Source of the DNA: Bdellovibrionales bacterium
Lineage (GTDB): Bacteria; Bdellovibrionota; Bdellovibrionia; Bdellovibrionales; UBA1609
Direction: 5' to 3'
DNA length: 64,000 bases
Assembly (NCBI GenBank): GCA_965219095.1
Contig: CBDCMT010000001.1
Span: forward strand, 1,152,001-1,216,000
Below the pieces are notes generated by a model. It was not told the DNA's origin, searched no databases, and worked only from the letters and a program-made list of their open reading frames with translations. A program made the position numbers and the translations under genes. This document shows, in pieces, positions 20,121 through 32,514 of this stretch (positions are counted from its first letter, which is position 1; each line of letters opens with the position of its first letter).

Positions 20121-20855
20121 TTACTCAGAAAAAAGAGAGCTTGCAAGAGTCATAACTTGAGAAGAAGTAACGCCTAACTCACTAGCAACTTCTCTCCATA
20201 AAGTGACAAGCTTTTTTGTATCTGATGATGCAGATATAATTTCTGAATAACTCACTCCCAACATGTTTCTGGTCACCTCATCAACTTCATCTTTTGTCCA
20301 AGTATCCTTGTCTGTATTAGAAAATTGAATAGCTAAAGTTGCTACCTCTTGAGCTTTTTGTTGAGAAAAACCAAATTCTGTTACTAATCGATTTTGAACG
20401 CTATTTATTTTTAACCTCTCCACATGAGCATTTAACTGACCTAAATCATGATTAACAGTTTTTGCAATTTTAAACCGCACACCTGTTAAAGGATCTTCAA
20501 ACAAGCTTTCATTTCCATAGACATCTCTAAGATCATGATAGAAGTAGTCGCTGTATCTTCTAAGATAGTTTTCTAAATCTTCCCCTACATTGTAATAATC
20601 AAGATCATAGGCTGTGTATTCATCTAAATCACCGTCATAAACCACAATGTAATCATATTGACGAGTGTTCACCTTTACAAGATCTACGTCATAACCTAAA
20701 AGACGGTTCAACCTTGTAACAAATGCTTCCGCTAACTCTCTGTGAGTGTAATGTCCCCCGGTAACTGACTCGCTACCACTACCTCCTCCACATGCTGTTA
20801 GTAGCAATGATGCTACAGTGACAGCAAAAATAGTTTTTATTATACTTTTTTTCAT
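20121..20855 (-). CDS. Hypothetical lipoprotein
   Basis: Lipobox LLTA-C, Gly/Ser linker, AGGAGG RBS. Confidence 0.85.
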   Translation of the reverse strand: MKKSIIKTIFAVTVASLLLTACGGGSGSESVTGGHYTHRELAEAFVTRLNRLLGYDVDLVKVNTRQYDYIVVYDGDLDEYTAYDLDYYNVGEDLENYLRRYSDYFYHDLRDVYGNESLFEDPLTGVRFKIAKTVNHDLGQLNAHVERLKINSVQNRLVTEFGFSQQKAQEVATLAIQFSNTDKDTWTKDEVDEVTRNMLGVSYSEIISASSDTKKLVTLWREVASELGVTSSQVMTLASSLFSE

Positions 20856-21131
20856 TTATCCTCCTTTTTTATTGTTTTTTTGTTTTTATTTTCCTTTGTA
20901 GCTTTTAATTTATTTAATTTATTTAATTTATTAATAAAAGTAAAAACTTTAAAAACTTATCGAAGCTAGTAATAGCTAATCACGATTGAAAGGTCAAGCT
21001 TAAATGGCATTATGTGCTATAAACATTTTGTTTCTAATATAACAGGCTTTTAGAGCTTACTTTAGCGTAAATGAGTGTGAGGAGAAAAGCTGTTTTTAAA
21101 GAAACAATTGTTTCTTTAAAAACAGAATAAG

Positions 21132-21163
21132 AAAAAACCCAAACCTTAAGGTTTGGGTTTTTT
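21132..21163 (-). terminator. groEL terminator (perfect 32-bp palindrome; a second 36-bp palindrome lies at 21090-21125)
   Basis: AAAAAACCCAAACCTT|AAGGTTTGGGTTTTTT about 30 bp after the groEL stop. Confidence 0.75.
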
Positions 21164-21191
21164 AAGATTTTTTTTAGCTTAACTCAAGATT

Positions 21192-22850
<1,659 letters not shown>

Positions 22851-22902
22851 CTATATTTCTATATATTTATTATTTCTTACCTTTACTTTATGTTAGTTCC
22901 TT

Positions 22903-23205
22903 TTAGAAGATGCCTAAAACATCGTCTTCTCTCATCATTAAAAACTCTTCGCCTTTAAATTTGAACTCTGTACCTGAGTACTTGTTGAAAAGCACTTTAT
23001 CGCCTCTTTGGACTTCTAAAGGAATTGTTTTCCCATCGTTGTTCATGCGTCCTTTACCTGTTGCCACGACTTCCCCTTGAATGGGCTTTTCTTTAGCAGA
23101 GTCAGGAATGATGATTCCACCCCTTGTTTTTGTTTCTTCCGCCACACGACGCACTATGATGCGATCATTGAGAGGGCGGACTTCAATATTATTGGTTGTT
23201 GACAT
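22903..23205 (-). CDS. groES: Co-chaperonin GroES
   Basis: [25 protein letters not shown] at 23205 follows an AAAGGAGGT RBS. Confidence 0.97.
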   Translation of the reverse strand: MSTTNNIEVRPLNDRIIVRRVAEETKTRGGIIIPDSAKEKPIQGEVVATGKGRMNNDGKTIPLEVQRGDKVLFNKYSGTEFKFKGEEFLMMREDDVLGIF

Positions 23206-23498
23206 ATAAGACCTCCTTTTTGGTTTCATTATTAAAACTTTTCTTATCAGTTTATTTTGTGTATCTAGCAAGGACTTGTCAAGGTAGGTGTGTAAAAAAA
23301 ACATAGTCTCTTTAAGGGTTTGAAAACAAACAGAAATTTGAAAATTTTTCATTTCTCTAGCAAAAAGTCTATTTCTGGGGGCTATGGTAAAAATCTTTTA
23401 AATTCAATAACTTACAAAAGATTTTGACTTTTACAAAACCGTCCTAGTGCAGTAAGATGAAAGTCTAAATTTATGCCTTTTTTTTAAATTATTACGAT

Positions 23499-24002
23499 AT
23501 GAAAGTTTTTTTATCTCTTGTTTTTTTCATGGCTTTAGTGAGGTTTTTTCACAGTGTGTCAGTTTTTGAGCCTCTTGTTGCCACCGTTCTTTTAGCAAGT
23601 CTTTATTACCCTCAGCAAAGAAAAGGCTTTTACATATCTATTTTATCCTTTTTAGCCGTTGATAGCTTTACAGGTTTTAGAGACAGCTATCAGGTTCAAC
23701 TTGCAAGTTATGCAAGTCTCTTCTTTGTTTTTCTTCAAGGAAGTTACGGGCTTTCTTTTTTTAGACGTTTAAGAACAATCCATATTTCAAGCCTATTATC
23801 CATTTTATTTGTTGTTCTCTCAGCTTCATTTACATTCTTTATAACTTATAGTTTTTCTGTGTGGGCTTTTTCCGATTTTTATAGCTTTCACTTTTTCGAT
23901 GTTTTAACGGAGAACTTTTACTCTCTTAAATATCGTATTTTAGGAGATTTGTTTTATAGTTCTTGTTTATTTTCTGTTTATTTTTTTGCTAACAAAAGCT
24001 AA
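23499..24002 (+). CDS. Membrane protein, DUF6580-like putative transporter
   Basis: Multi-TM 167 aa; FFITYSFSVW and ILGDLFYS similar to the ORF at 11..235. Confidence 0.5.
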   Translation: MKVFLSLVFFMALVRFFHSVSVFEPLVATVLLASLYYPQQRKGFYISILSFLAVDSFTGFRDSYQVQLASYASLFFVFLQGSYGLSFFRRLRTIHISSLLSILFVVLSASFTFFITYSFSVWAFSDFYSFHFFDVLTENFYSLKYRILGDLFYSSCLFSVYFFANKS

Positions 24003-24643
24003 TTCATAATATGTTTTAAAAAAGTTCTTAAATCATGGATTTCATCTTTAAGATCAATAGTGTGATTTTTTTTGTATTCTTTCCAAGTTATATCGAATCC
24101 TAATTTTTTTAAGTTATCAACTTCCTTTTTTGTGTTAGCAAGATAGAGGACTTGATCCTCTGTTCCATGGGTTAAGAGGATTTTTTGTTCTTTAGGAGCT
24201 AAAATTAAAGAAGGATCTTTGAAAAGAGATTCTGTACTGTAAAAAGTGCTGACTCCTATAAGAGCACAAAAGTGATATAAATTCTTAAGCATAAGTTCTA
24301 AAGCCATAAAACCACCTTGAGAGAACCCAAAAATGATCATCTTGTTATCTGGGAAGCTTTTTCTTGTCTCTTCGATAAGGTTTTCTAGAAGTTTACGAGT
24401 ATGATCAATTTCTGTTTGTTGAGGGTTTTCTATATCAAACCAAGAATAACCTATCCCGTAGGAATGGGGAGCGTTGACAAGAAGGTAGTTTAAACATGGG
24501 AGGTTGAGACATTGGGGAAAGCTAAGATAACCTTCAATGCTATCACCTAAACCATGGAGAACGATCATAAGATAGGAGGCGGAGTGTGGGGAAAGTTTTG
24601 GAACAAAAAGCGTATCTAAACCGCCAATGTTTTTAAGCGTCAT
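23999..24643 (-). CDS. Alpha/beta hydrolase (phospholipase/carboxylesterase)
   Basis: LHGLGD, GFSQGG, HGTEDQV and a catalytic His near the C-terminus. Confidence 0.9.
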   Translation of the reverse strand: MTLKNIGGLDTLFVPKLSPHSASYLMIVLHGLGDSIEGYLSFPQCLNLPCLNYLLVNAPHSYGIGYSWFDIENPQQTEIDHTRKLLENLIEETRKSFPDNKMIIFGFSQGGFMALELMLKNLYHFCALIGVSTFYSTESLFKDPSLILAPKEQKILLTHGTEDQVLYLANTKKEVDNLKKLGFDITWKEYKKNHTIDLKDEIHDLRTFLKHIMN

Positions 24644-25203
24644 AAGCTTTTTGAGTTAAAGTTTCTAGAGTATTTCAACAAGTACTGGAATCCTGAAATC
24701 CAAGATAAAACAAGACCTATAAGGAGGACTACTGTCCCGATAAGAGGGAGGGGCATATGAAAGAAAGACTCAGGTTTGTATAGAATGAGCATAGAAATTC
24801 CTGTCATTTGAAATCCTGTCTTCCATTTTCCTAGTCTGTGAGATTGAATGGAGATTTTGTTTTTTGTTGCCATAATGCGAATGCCTGTGACAGTAACCTC
24901 TCGTACGAGAAACAAAATGGCAATCAAAGAGGAAATATGTTTTAAATCGACTAAAATCAGAAAAGAGCTTAAAACTAAGACTTTATCTGCGACAGGATCA
25001 ATCATTTCTCCTAAAAAAGATTCACACTTCCATTTACGGGCTAAAAACCCGTCTAAAGAATCTGTGATGCTGACCGCAATAAAAAACAACATAGCCAACC
25101 AGTAAGAGTCAAAAGGAGGAAAATAGATAAGACTGTAAAGGGGAAAGATAGCTAAAAGGCGGAAAATGGTGAGAAAGAGAGGGAAGTTTTTTTTACACAA
25201 CAT
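24640..25203 (-). CDS. pgsA: CDP-diacylglycerol--glycerol-3-phosphate 3-phosphatidyltransferase
   Basis: TDSLDGFLAR...G...DPVADK and GKWKT motifs. Confidence 0.93.
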   Translation of the reverse strand: MLCKKNFPLFLTIFRLLAIFPLYSLIYFPPFDSYWLAMLFFIAVSITDSLDGFLARKWKCESFLGEMIDPVADKVLVLSSFLILVDLKHISSLIAILFLVREVTVTGIRIMATKNKISIQSHRLGKWKTGFQMTGISMLILYKPESFFHMPLPLIGTVVLLIGLVLSWISGFQYLLKYSRNFNSKSL

Positions 25204-25270
25204 AGCCTTTGTATTATAAAAGGAAAAATCTTAATTGTCATATTAGTAGTAAAATGTTTAAACTTCATTT

Positions 25271-26236
25271 ATGGATCGTCATCTGACTTTAGAGTTTGTT
25301 CGTGTTACAGAGTATGCTGCCTTAGCAGTTTCTTATTTTATAGGCCGAGGAGATGAAAAAAAAGCTGACAAAGTAGCTGTGGAGTCTATGAAAAAGGCTT
25401 TTAATACTGTTAAGATCACAGGAAAAGTTGTGATTGGAGAAGGAGAACGAGATGAAGCTCCTATGCTTTGTATTGGAGAAAATTTAGGACAAGGAGGGGT
25501 TGAAGTGGATATTGCCGTGGATCCTTTAGAAGGAACAAAGCTCTGTGCAAACCATGATGAAGGCTCTTTATCAGTCCTTGCTGTTTCTGAAAAAGGAGGT
25601 CTTCTTCATGCTCCTGATACTTATATGAGAAAATTAGCTGTAGGGCCTAAAGCAAGAGGAAAAGTTCATTTAAACCAAAGTGTCTCTGATATTTTCAAAA
25701 CACTAAGTCTATCACTACTAAAGCCTATTGAAAGCTTAACAGTAGCTATCCTAGATAGGCCTCGCCACAAGGATCTGATTGCAAAGTGTCGAAGTGTGGG
25801 GGTCAAGGTGAAACTTATCTCTGATGGAGATGTGTCAGCAGCCCTTGCTACCTGTTGGCCTGATTCAGGAATCGATGTTCTTTTAGGCACAGGAGGGGCT
25901 CCTGAGGGAGTCATAACAGCAGCAGCATTAAAATGCTTGGATGGGGATTTTCAAGGCCAGTTAGATTTTAATGAAGATAAAAACGGAAGTGTTCAGAAAA
26001 AAAGAGCTTTAGAAATGGGAATTAAAGATTTGAATCAAATTTATACCATTGATGAACTGGTCTCAAAACCTGTGATCTTTTGTGCCACAGGAGTGACAGA
26101 TGGACCCTTTTTGAAAGGGGTTTGTGAGCTTTCGGATCAAAAAATCACAACTCAGTCTATGGTTATGCGTTCTGATACAGGTACAGTACGTACAGTATGG
26201 GCTCAACATAATTTGCATAAAAAACAACTTAAATAG
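25271..26236 (+). CDS. glpX: Class II fructose-1,6-bisphosphatase
   Basis: VIGEGERDEAPML, DIAVDPLEGT, GGAPEGV, ATGVTDG. Confidence 0.97.
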   Translation: MDRHLTLEFVRVTEYAALAVSYFIGRGDEKKADKVAVESMKKAFNTVKITGKVVIGEGERDEAPMLCIGENLGQGGVEVDIAVDPLEGTKLCANHDEGSLSVLAVSEKGGLLHAPDTYMRKLAVGPKARGKVHLNQSVSDIFKTLSLSLLKPIESLTVAILDRPRHKDLIAKCRSVGVKVKLISDGDVSAALATCWPDSGIDVLLGTGGAPEGVITAAALKCLDGDFQGQLDFNEDKNGSVQKKRALEMGIKDLNQIYTIDELVSKPVIFCATGVTDGPFLKGVCELSDQKITTQSMVMRSDTGTVRTVWAQHNLHKKQLK

Positions 26237-26352
26237 GCTAAGCAAGGTTAAAAATTAGATAAGAGGGAGGATTTATGAGAAACGAGAGTGTTTCTAGGGT
26301 CTTTTTTTCTTGACACAGAGTTTGAGAAGTTGAAAAATAGTGAAGAAGGCTT

Positions 26353-26781
26353 ATGGCAAAAGCAGAAATTACAGAATACTTTGACTGCACTCCTAAAGAT
26401 TTTTTTAAAATTGTGTCTGATTACGAATCTTATCCTGATTTTTTACCTGAAGTTAAAAATGTTAAAATTCTCAAAGAAGAAAACCACAGAAAACTTGTGA
26501 AGTTTTCTGTTTCTTTGATTAAATCCTTTTCTTATCGCTTGTGGATGGAAGAAAATCGTCCTCATAAGATCACTTGGAGTTTAGACTCGGGAGATATGTT
26601 TAAAGTATCTAATGGTAGTTGGTCTTTGGCCTTAGATAACAATCGCACTAGAGCAACCTATTTTGTAGAAGTAGAATTTAAGGGATTTGTTCCAGGGCCT
26701 ATTGCAAAAGGTCTAGTAAGTTTAAATTTACCTAATATGATGAGTTCTTATAATGAGAGAGTTAAAAGTCTTTCAGGTTGA
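26353..26781 (+). CDS. SRPBCC/START-domain (RatA/cyclase-like) protein
   Basis: IVSDYESYPDFLP and NGSWSL motifs. Confidence 0.85.
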   Translation: MAKAEITEYFDCTPKDFFKIVSDYESYPDFLPEVKNVKILKEENHRKLVKFSVSLIKSFSYRLWMEENRPHKITWSLDSGDMFKVSNGSWSLALDNNRTRATYFVEVEFKGFVPGPIAKGLVSLNLPNMMSSYNERVKSLSG

Positions 26782-26785
26782 TTGA

Positions 26786-27046
26786 TCATTTAAGCCTGTC
26801 TTGAAGCTTTCCTGATTGCCTTAGTTTTGAAAGCTCTTTAAAGCCTCCTATCATTTCAGATCCTATAAAAATTTGTGGTACAGTTTTGTGTTTTGTTTTA
26901 TTGATAAGCTCCTTGAGTTCTTCCTCTCTACCGTCTAAGCAGATCTCTTCGAAATCTAGCTTTTCTTCTTCTAAAAGTTTCTTAGCTCTTATACAGTAAG
27001 GACAGTATCCCCAAGTATAGATTTTAATTTTTTTTGCATTAGCCAT
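26786..27046 (-). CDS. grxC: Glutaredoxin
   Basis: CPYC active site, TVPQIFI, IGG. Confidence 0.93.
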   Translation of the reverse strand: MANAKKIKIYTWGYCPYCIRAKKLLEEEKLDFEEICLDGREEELKELINKTKHKTVPQIFIGSEMIGGFKELSKLRQSGKLQDRLK

Positions 27047-27073
27047 AAACTTGTATTTGTATAATTTTTAGTT

Positions 27074-27514
27074 TTATTTTTTTCTTGATTTTTTACACAC
27101 AGATTGAGCTATAGAAAGAGCTTTGTTAACATCCTTATCTTTAAAAGTTGTCTTTACTCCTTGTGTGAGTCTTGTTTTTTCTTTTTGGATGTTTTCTAGG
27201 CATTTTGATTTAGAATCAACAAAAAACTTTTCATTCATATTTTCAAAGGTGGCCTGAATTTTAAGAACTTTCCCTAAAGTTTCTTTAGAGACATCTCTTG
27301 TGCCTGCTTTGTTGATCTTTTTTCTAAGCTCTAGGAAAAAAGTTAAAGACAACTTAAAAGTTTTAGATTTTTTGATGCTTCCATGAGAGGTCTTAATAAA
27401 ACTCTCAATACTTTTGTTGTTTTTAAAATTAATTTTTTTCTCTAATCGAGCTTGTAAATAAAAGTTAAGAAAGAGTGTGAAAATTAAAAAGAACGTTGTT
27501 GTTAATTTTTTCAT
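27074..27514 (-). CDS. Secreted basic hypothetical protein
   Basis: Signal peptide, AGGAGG RBS, two Cys. Confidence 0.75.
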   Translation of the reverse strand: MKKLTTTFFLIFTLFLNFYLQARLEKKINFKNNKSIESFIKTSHGSIKKSKTFKLSLTFFLELRKKINKAGTRDVSKETLGKVLKIQATFENMNEKFFVDSKSKCLENIQKEKTRLTQGVKTTFKDKDVNKALSIAQSVCKKSRKK

Positions 27515-27540
27515 AGGTTTAAGCCTCCTTTAAAAGTAAG

Positions 27541-29229
27541 TTATAGGAAGTCTACGTCTCTGCATTTTTTTTCATTATCTTTTAGTTCTTTTAGGTCATT
27601 TTTTATTTTCTCATTGTATTTTTTAGCACTTTGAGCTTCCCTTGAATTTGTGTCGCATACAAATAAAAGGCCTCCGAGATAGCCTGAATGATAGCCTCCT
27701 GCTAAAGCTTTTGCTTTATTCTCTTTATTTTTATTTATTTTTTGTTTACATTCACTTAATACTTTTGGTTTTACTTTGCTGTATCTTGATGTTTCAATAT
27801 AACCTTCTAAAACTTTTAAATATTGGGCCGAAAGATACAGGCTTTGCTTTAGATTTTCTTTATTCATTTGTATGATTTTACAAACATCTCCTTTTGATTT
27901 TTTATTTCCCAAGAATTCTGAAAGATCAAAAGTTTCTTTTAAGCAAGAATGATTTTTCTTTTTTGTTTTTACATCACTAATGGCAGGACCTGTAATTTGT
28001 CCTATTCCCATACTCCAAGCCCAACCATTTTGCTCTAGAGCATTAATATGAAATCTTGATTCATGGTTTAAAATTTGAAAGAGATTCTTCTTTTCTTGAT
28101 TATCCATAACAAAACATTCTGTTGTTATTTCATCAAAAGCTTCAGCTACAACAGCTCCATAAGTAGGGAGACTTTCACATTTTATTTTTGTTGGTGTTTT
28201 ATCGTCGTCACATGTATAAAGAGTAGACCTGTTTATGGTTTTTTGAGAAGCAGAAATGCATTTTGCTAAATCAGTTGTATCCTCAGAAGAGGGAAAAGGA
28301 TTGCATGGGCTTGTTGTTTGTGAAGGAGAGGGAGTTTTTGGTTTAACTTCTTCTACTTTTGATGGTATTTTATCTTCACATTTTTCAGTTTTAGTACATA
28401 CATCACTTTCTCTACTACTATCATCTATCTCAGAAAAGGAAAGGGAAGCAGGTGACTTTTCTTCATTGAAAGCAGCAAGATCATCGCAATAAGGTGTGGT
28501 TGTTATACTCTTATCGTATGTATGATCGGGACTAAGATCACAGCGAGCTAAAGTGTGTCCTTTGTTATCATATTCTGCAATCGTTCCTCCATTTTTATAT
28601 TGGTTTTCTATTTTTGATTCTTTTACAAACTTCTTACACTTGTGATCAGGACAACTAATAATTTTATTACTTTTACCTTTATTAGAGCCCTGTTCTTTCT
28701 CAATTTTTTCCTTAGTTGTTTTATCAGATTCTTCACCACTACCATAGTCGTCACCACCACCTGAACTTCCCTCATTAGCATCATCACCATCATCGTCATC
28801 ATCGCTGTCGCTAGTTATTTTATCAAATTCTTCACCACTACCATATTCGTCACCACCACCTGAACTTCTCTCATTAGCATCATCACCATCATCGTCATCA
28901 TCATCGCTGTCGCTACTTGATGAACTAAATAAACCAAAGAAACCTTCGCCGATATCTCGAAGCAAACCTGCTCCTAAAATACCGAAAGATTGTCCTGCGT
29001 AGCCGAATTGATGCCCTCCTAATGGGGGGATTTGCAATTGGACTTGTCCGCTAGCCCCTAGACCGAAGAGACTGTTACCACCATAACCACCGTAACTACC
29101 GTAACCACCGTAGGGATAGTTGTTAGCAAAGGAGTAATTACAAGATAATATGTTACAGGCTTCTAATTTGAATGACACAAAAGTTATAGAAAAATTTATA
29201 AAAAGAAAAATATAAAGATACTTCATCAA
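27541..29229 (-). CDS. Secreted low-complexity, Cys-rich protein with C-terminal SLT (lytic transglycosylase)-like domain
   Basis: Signal peptide; GY repeats; duplicated acidic repeat (about 28729-28915); NHESRF, GIGQI and GYHSG resemble SLT motifs I-III. Confidence 0.7.
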   Translation of the reverse strand: MMKYLYIFLFINFSITFVSFKLEACNILSCNYSFANNYPYGGYGSYGGYGGNSLFGLGASGQVQLQIPPLGGHQFGYAGQSFGILGAGLLRDIGEGFFGLFSSSSSDSDDDDDDGDDANERSSGGGDEYGSGEEFDKITSDSDDDDDGDDANEGSSGGGDDYGSGEESDKTTKEKIEKEQGSNKGKSNKIISCPDHKCKKFVKESKIENQYKNGGTIAEYDNKGHTLARCDLSPDHTYDKSITTTPYCDDLAAFNEEKSPASLSFSEIDDSSRESDVCTKTEKCEDKIPSKVEEVKPKTPSPSQTTSPCNPFPSSEDTTDLAKCISASQKTINRSTLYTCDDDKTPTKIKCESLPTYGAVVAEAFDEITTECFVMDNQEKKNLFQILNHESRFHINALEQNGWAWSMGIGQITGPAISDVKTKKKNHSCLKETFDLSEFLGNKKSKGDVCKIIQMNKENLKQSLYLSAQYLKVLEGYIETSRYSKVKPKVLSECKQKINKNKENKAKALAGGYHSGYLGGLLFVCDTNSREAQSAKKYNEKIKNDLKELKDNEKKCRDVDFL

Positions 29230-29373
29230 TTATATTGATCGGCTTATTTTGCCTTTATCTATCTAGACGAAAGAACAGAAATTAAAAAAGAAATTTAATA
29301 AAAGTGATTCATTTTGAAACAACACTAAAGAAGAGGAGTTTTCCTGCCGATAAGGTGAAAAAGAGGGGGAATT

Positions 29374-29904
29374 ATGCCTTTAGGTAAAGTGATTCATTTT
29401 CATAAGTATTTAAAAAACAAAGATGTGTATAGAAATAAAAAAAGGTCTCGTTTCAAAAAACAGAAAAAAAACCTCTTAGACTTTACTTTGAGAGGACAGA
29501 GGATTGTAAAAAAAGAACAACGAGAGGTTAAGAGAGTTGTTTTAAATGGCCTTGTAGGAATTACTATTATAGTTCCTTTACGAGGTCTTATGAGAGTTGA
29601 GGTGCAGGACATTTCTACAAAAGGAATTTCATTTGATTTTCCTAAATCTTATGGCAGCTTTAGAAGAAAGGAGCTTCTTGAACTGCGACTTTATTTAAAC
29701 CATGAAGTTTATGTACCCTTTTCAGCTAGAGTGGAGAGCAAAAGGATTTATTTTAAAAACGGCACAGAAATTGTTCGTCATGGTTTGAAGTTTCAAGATG
29801 AGCCCTCAAATAAAGAGTCTTTAAATGCTTTTATTTATTTTTTAGAAACCATTGCAGTTCACTGTAGAACTGACTCAGGTGATAAACTCATATTAGATGT
29901 ATAA
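29374..29904 (+). CDS. PilZ domain protein
   Basis: QREVKR (RxxxR) and DISTKG (DxSxxG) motifs. Confidence 0.8.
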   Translation: MPLGKVIHFHKYLKNKDVYRNKKRSRFKKQKKNLLDFTLRGQRIVKKEQREVKRVVLNGLVGITIIVPLRGLMRVEVQDISTKGISFDFPKSYGSFRRKELLELRLYLNHEVYVPFSARVESKRIYFKNGTEIVRHGLKFQDEPSNKESLNAFIYFLETIAVHCRTDSGDKLILDV

Positions 29905-29968
29905 AATTTTTAAAGCTTTTTTGTAGAGCTATTTGACTTTCTTTCTATCTGATAGCCATAATAAAAAT

Positions 29969-31324
29969 ATGGCCTCGTCAAAACTTTTTACAAAAGCCAA
30001 CCCTCCAGAAATTCGATCTCATTGGAAACATAAAATAGTGCTTGATACGAATGTTATTTTATTTGATGGCTTAGCTCTTTTAAAATTTGAAAAGTCTGAC
30101 ATTCATGTTCCCTTTTCTGTTATAGAGGAGATTGATCGCTTTAAAAGAGATCTTGGCGAAACAGGAAGAAATGCAAGACAGTTTAGTCGCTTTTTAGATA
30201 TTTTAAGGGCGAAGGGTTCTTTAGCTTCTGGTGTGGCCCTTAAGACAGGTTCCTTTGTTTATGTCAGTACAGATCATTTTACAAGAAGCCTTTCTCCTGA
30301 AATTAATTCTGAAAAAGCTGACAACCGTATTTTAGCTCTCTCTCTTTATTTGCAGGAGACATATCCTGATTCTGATATCAAATTGATTTCAAAAGATATT
30401 AATTTAAGAATTAAAGCAGATGTCTTAGGTCTTTGTGCTACTGATTTTGAGCCAGAAGGCCCTTCTTTTGAAGACCTTTATTCTGGAGCTATAGAAATTT
30501 TTATATCTAATGAGCAATTTGAAAATTTTGCCTTGAAAAAATCTTTACGTTTAGAAGAAAAATTTCTTCCTAATCAGTATATCTCTATGAAAAATAAAGA
30601 AAATAAATCCCTTTGTATTTTAGGACGCTATTGTACTAAACAGGGTAAGATTCTACCAATTCAGGAAAAAGAAGAGAGTATTTGGGGAGTTCACCCTAGA
30701 AACGTAGAGCAGTCTTTTGCTATAGATGCTCTTTTAGATGATTCTTTAAAATTTGTTTCCCTTATTGGAAAAGCAGGAACAGGAAAAACACTTTTAGCTT
30801 TAGCTGTGGGTCTTTATAAAACTTTAGATGAAGGAAGCTTTAAACGTCTGCTTGTAAGTCGTCCTATTTTTCCTATGGGAAAAGATATTGGTTATTTGCC
30901 AGGAGATATAGAACAAAAATTGAATCCTTGGATGCAACCTATTTTCGATAATGTGGAATTTTTATTAGGCTCAGGGAAAAAAGCTTCTGGTCAAGTGCAA
31001 GAGCTCATAAATCAAGGCATGTTGAACATCGAACCCTTGACTTACATCCGAGGACGTAGCATTCCTAATCAGTTTTTGATCATCGATGAAGCTCAAAACC
31101 TCACTCCCCATGAAATCAAAACTATCATCACAAGAGCAGGGAATGAAACTAAGATCATCTTAACAGGTGATCCTTATCAAATTGATAACCCTTATGTTGA
31201 TTCAGCTAATAGCGGTCTTACTTATTCTGTGGAGCGTTTCAAAAGTTATGATATCTCAGCTCATGTGACTTTTAAAAAAGGGGAACGTTCTGTTTTAGCA
31301 GAACTTGCAGCTAATATCCTTTAG
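29969..31324 (+). CDS. phoH: PIN-PhoH (PhoH2) family ATPase
   Basis: VLDTNV PIN domain, GKAGTGKT, IRGRS, IIDEAQN; probable ATG at 29969. Confidence 0.93.
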   Translation: MASSKLFTKANPPEIRSHWKHKIVLDTNVILFDGLALLKFEKSDIHVPFSVIEEIDRFKRDLGETGRNARQFSRFLDILRAKGSLASGVALKTGSFVYVSTDHFTRSLSPEINSEKADNRILALSLYLQETYPDSDIKLISKDINLRIKADVLGLCATDFEPEGPSFEDLYSGAIEIFISNEQFENFALKKSLRLEEKFLPNQYISMKNKENKSLCILGRYCTKQGKILPIQEKEESIWGVHPRNVEQSFAIDALLDDSLKFVSLIGKAGTGKTLLALAVGLYKTLDEGSFKRLLVSRPIFPMGKDIGYLPGDIEQKLNPWMQPIFDNVEFLLGSGKKASGQVQELINQGMLNIEPLTYIRGRSIPNQFLIIDEAQNLTPHEIKTIITRAGNETKIILTGDPYQIDNPYVDSANSGLTYSVERFKSYDISAHVTFKKGERSVLAELAANIL

Positions 31325-31382
31325 TCTAGCTTGACCAAAGTTTTGAGGTTAAAAAACTTATCTTTTTATCCGATAACATTTT

Positions 31383-32501
31383 ATGAGTTTTTCAAAAGAA
31401 AAGGTTTTTGAAAAAACCGTAAAAAACTTTTTAAAACCTATTTGGGTTTATATGCAGGATAATAAGGTTACAGAGATTATGATCAATGGACATAAAAATA
31501 TTTTTATAGAGGTTGATGGAAAGATTCAAAAAACAAAATCCCAGTTTGATGATGAAGACATGTTAAAAGCTGCGGTAACTAACATTGCTCAGAGTATGGG
31601 ACGTAGAATTGATAATAAAAACCCTTGTTTAGACGCAAGACTACCTAATGGTTACCGCATCCATGCTGTTTTGCCTCCTTGTGCTCGTAATGGCACTACA
31701 GTGGCAATTCGTAAATTTTTTGAAGTTCAAATGAGTTTAAAAGATACGGTTAAAAAGGGAGTTCTCAGCCAAATTGCAGCTATGTTTTTAGATGTATCTA
31801 TAAAAATAGGTAAAAACATTATTGTAAGTGGAGGTACAGGTTCTGGAAAGACAACTCTCTTAAGCACTCTTTGCCAAAGAGTGCTTCAAGGGGAAAGAGT
31901 GATTATAATCGAAGACGCTTCAGAGCTTCGCTGGGATTACGATCATGCTGTATTTTTTGAAACACGTCTTCCTGATTCCCAGGGAAAAGGTGCTATAGGT
32001 ATTAATAAGCTTTTAAAAAGTAGTTTGAGGCTACGCCCTGACCGAATCATAGTAGGCGAGGTAAGAGGTGCTGAAGTTTTAGATCTTATACAAGCTATGA
32101 ACACAGGTCATAAGGGTTGTATGGGGACCATTCACGCAAACACAGCTTTAGACGCTCTTTTTAGAATGGAAGCTCTAGCTCAAGAAGCAAAAAACTCCTT
32201 AAGCAAAGAAGTTTTAAGACATCAAATTTCAGAAGCATGCGATTTAATCATTCAACTGTCTCGATTCTCAGATGGTAAGAGAAGAGTTGTAGAGATAGTT
32301 GAAGTTTTGAACTCACAATTTAGAGAAGGTTCATCAGTTTATAAAGTGAGAACTCTATTTAAGAGATCATCTTTAAAGAGAACAAAAGAAGGATCGCTTG
32401 AGTCACAACTTGAACCCACAGGCGAGATTCCTTCTTTTATGCAAGAAATTAAAGACTTGAAAGCTTATTTTTCAGAAAAGTACTTCAAAAAAGCTTCTTA
32501 A
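31383..32501 (+). CDS. cpaF: CpaF/TadA pilus assembly ATPase
   Basis: GGTGSGKTT, LRLRPDRIIVGEVRG, AMNTGH..MGTIHAN. Confidence 0.93.
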   Translation: MSFSKEKVFEKTVKNFLKPIWVYMQDNKVTEIMINGHKNIFIEVDGKIQKTKSQFDDEDMLKAAVTNIAQSMGRRIDNKNPCLDARLPNGYRIHAVLPPCARNGTTVAIRKFFEVQMSLKDTVKKGVLSQIAAMFLDVSIKIGKNIIVSGGTGSGKTTLLSTLCQRVLQGERVIIIEDASELRWDYDHAVFFETRLPDSQGKGAIGINKLLKSSLRLRPDRIIVGEVRGAEVLDLIQAMNTGHKGCMGTIHANTALDALFRMEALAQEAKNSLSKEVLRHQISEACDLIIQLSRFSDGKRRVVEIVEVLNSQFREGSSVYKVRTLFKRSSLKRTKEGSLESQLEPTGEIPSFMQEIKDLKAYFSEKYFKKAS

Positions 32502-32514
32502 GTTATCTTGAACC

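Noticed and set aside
23206..23352. N-terminal extension of GroES and a CIRCE element
   Set aside because: The RBS points to ATG 23205; no TTAGCACTC-N9-GAGTGCTAA match was seen upstream.
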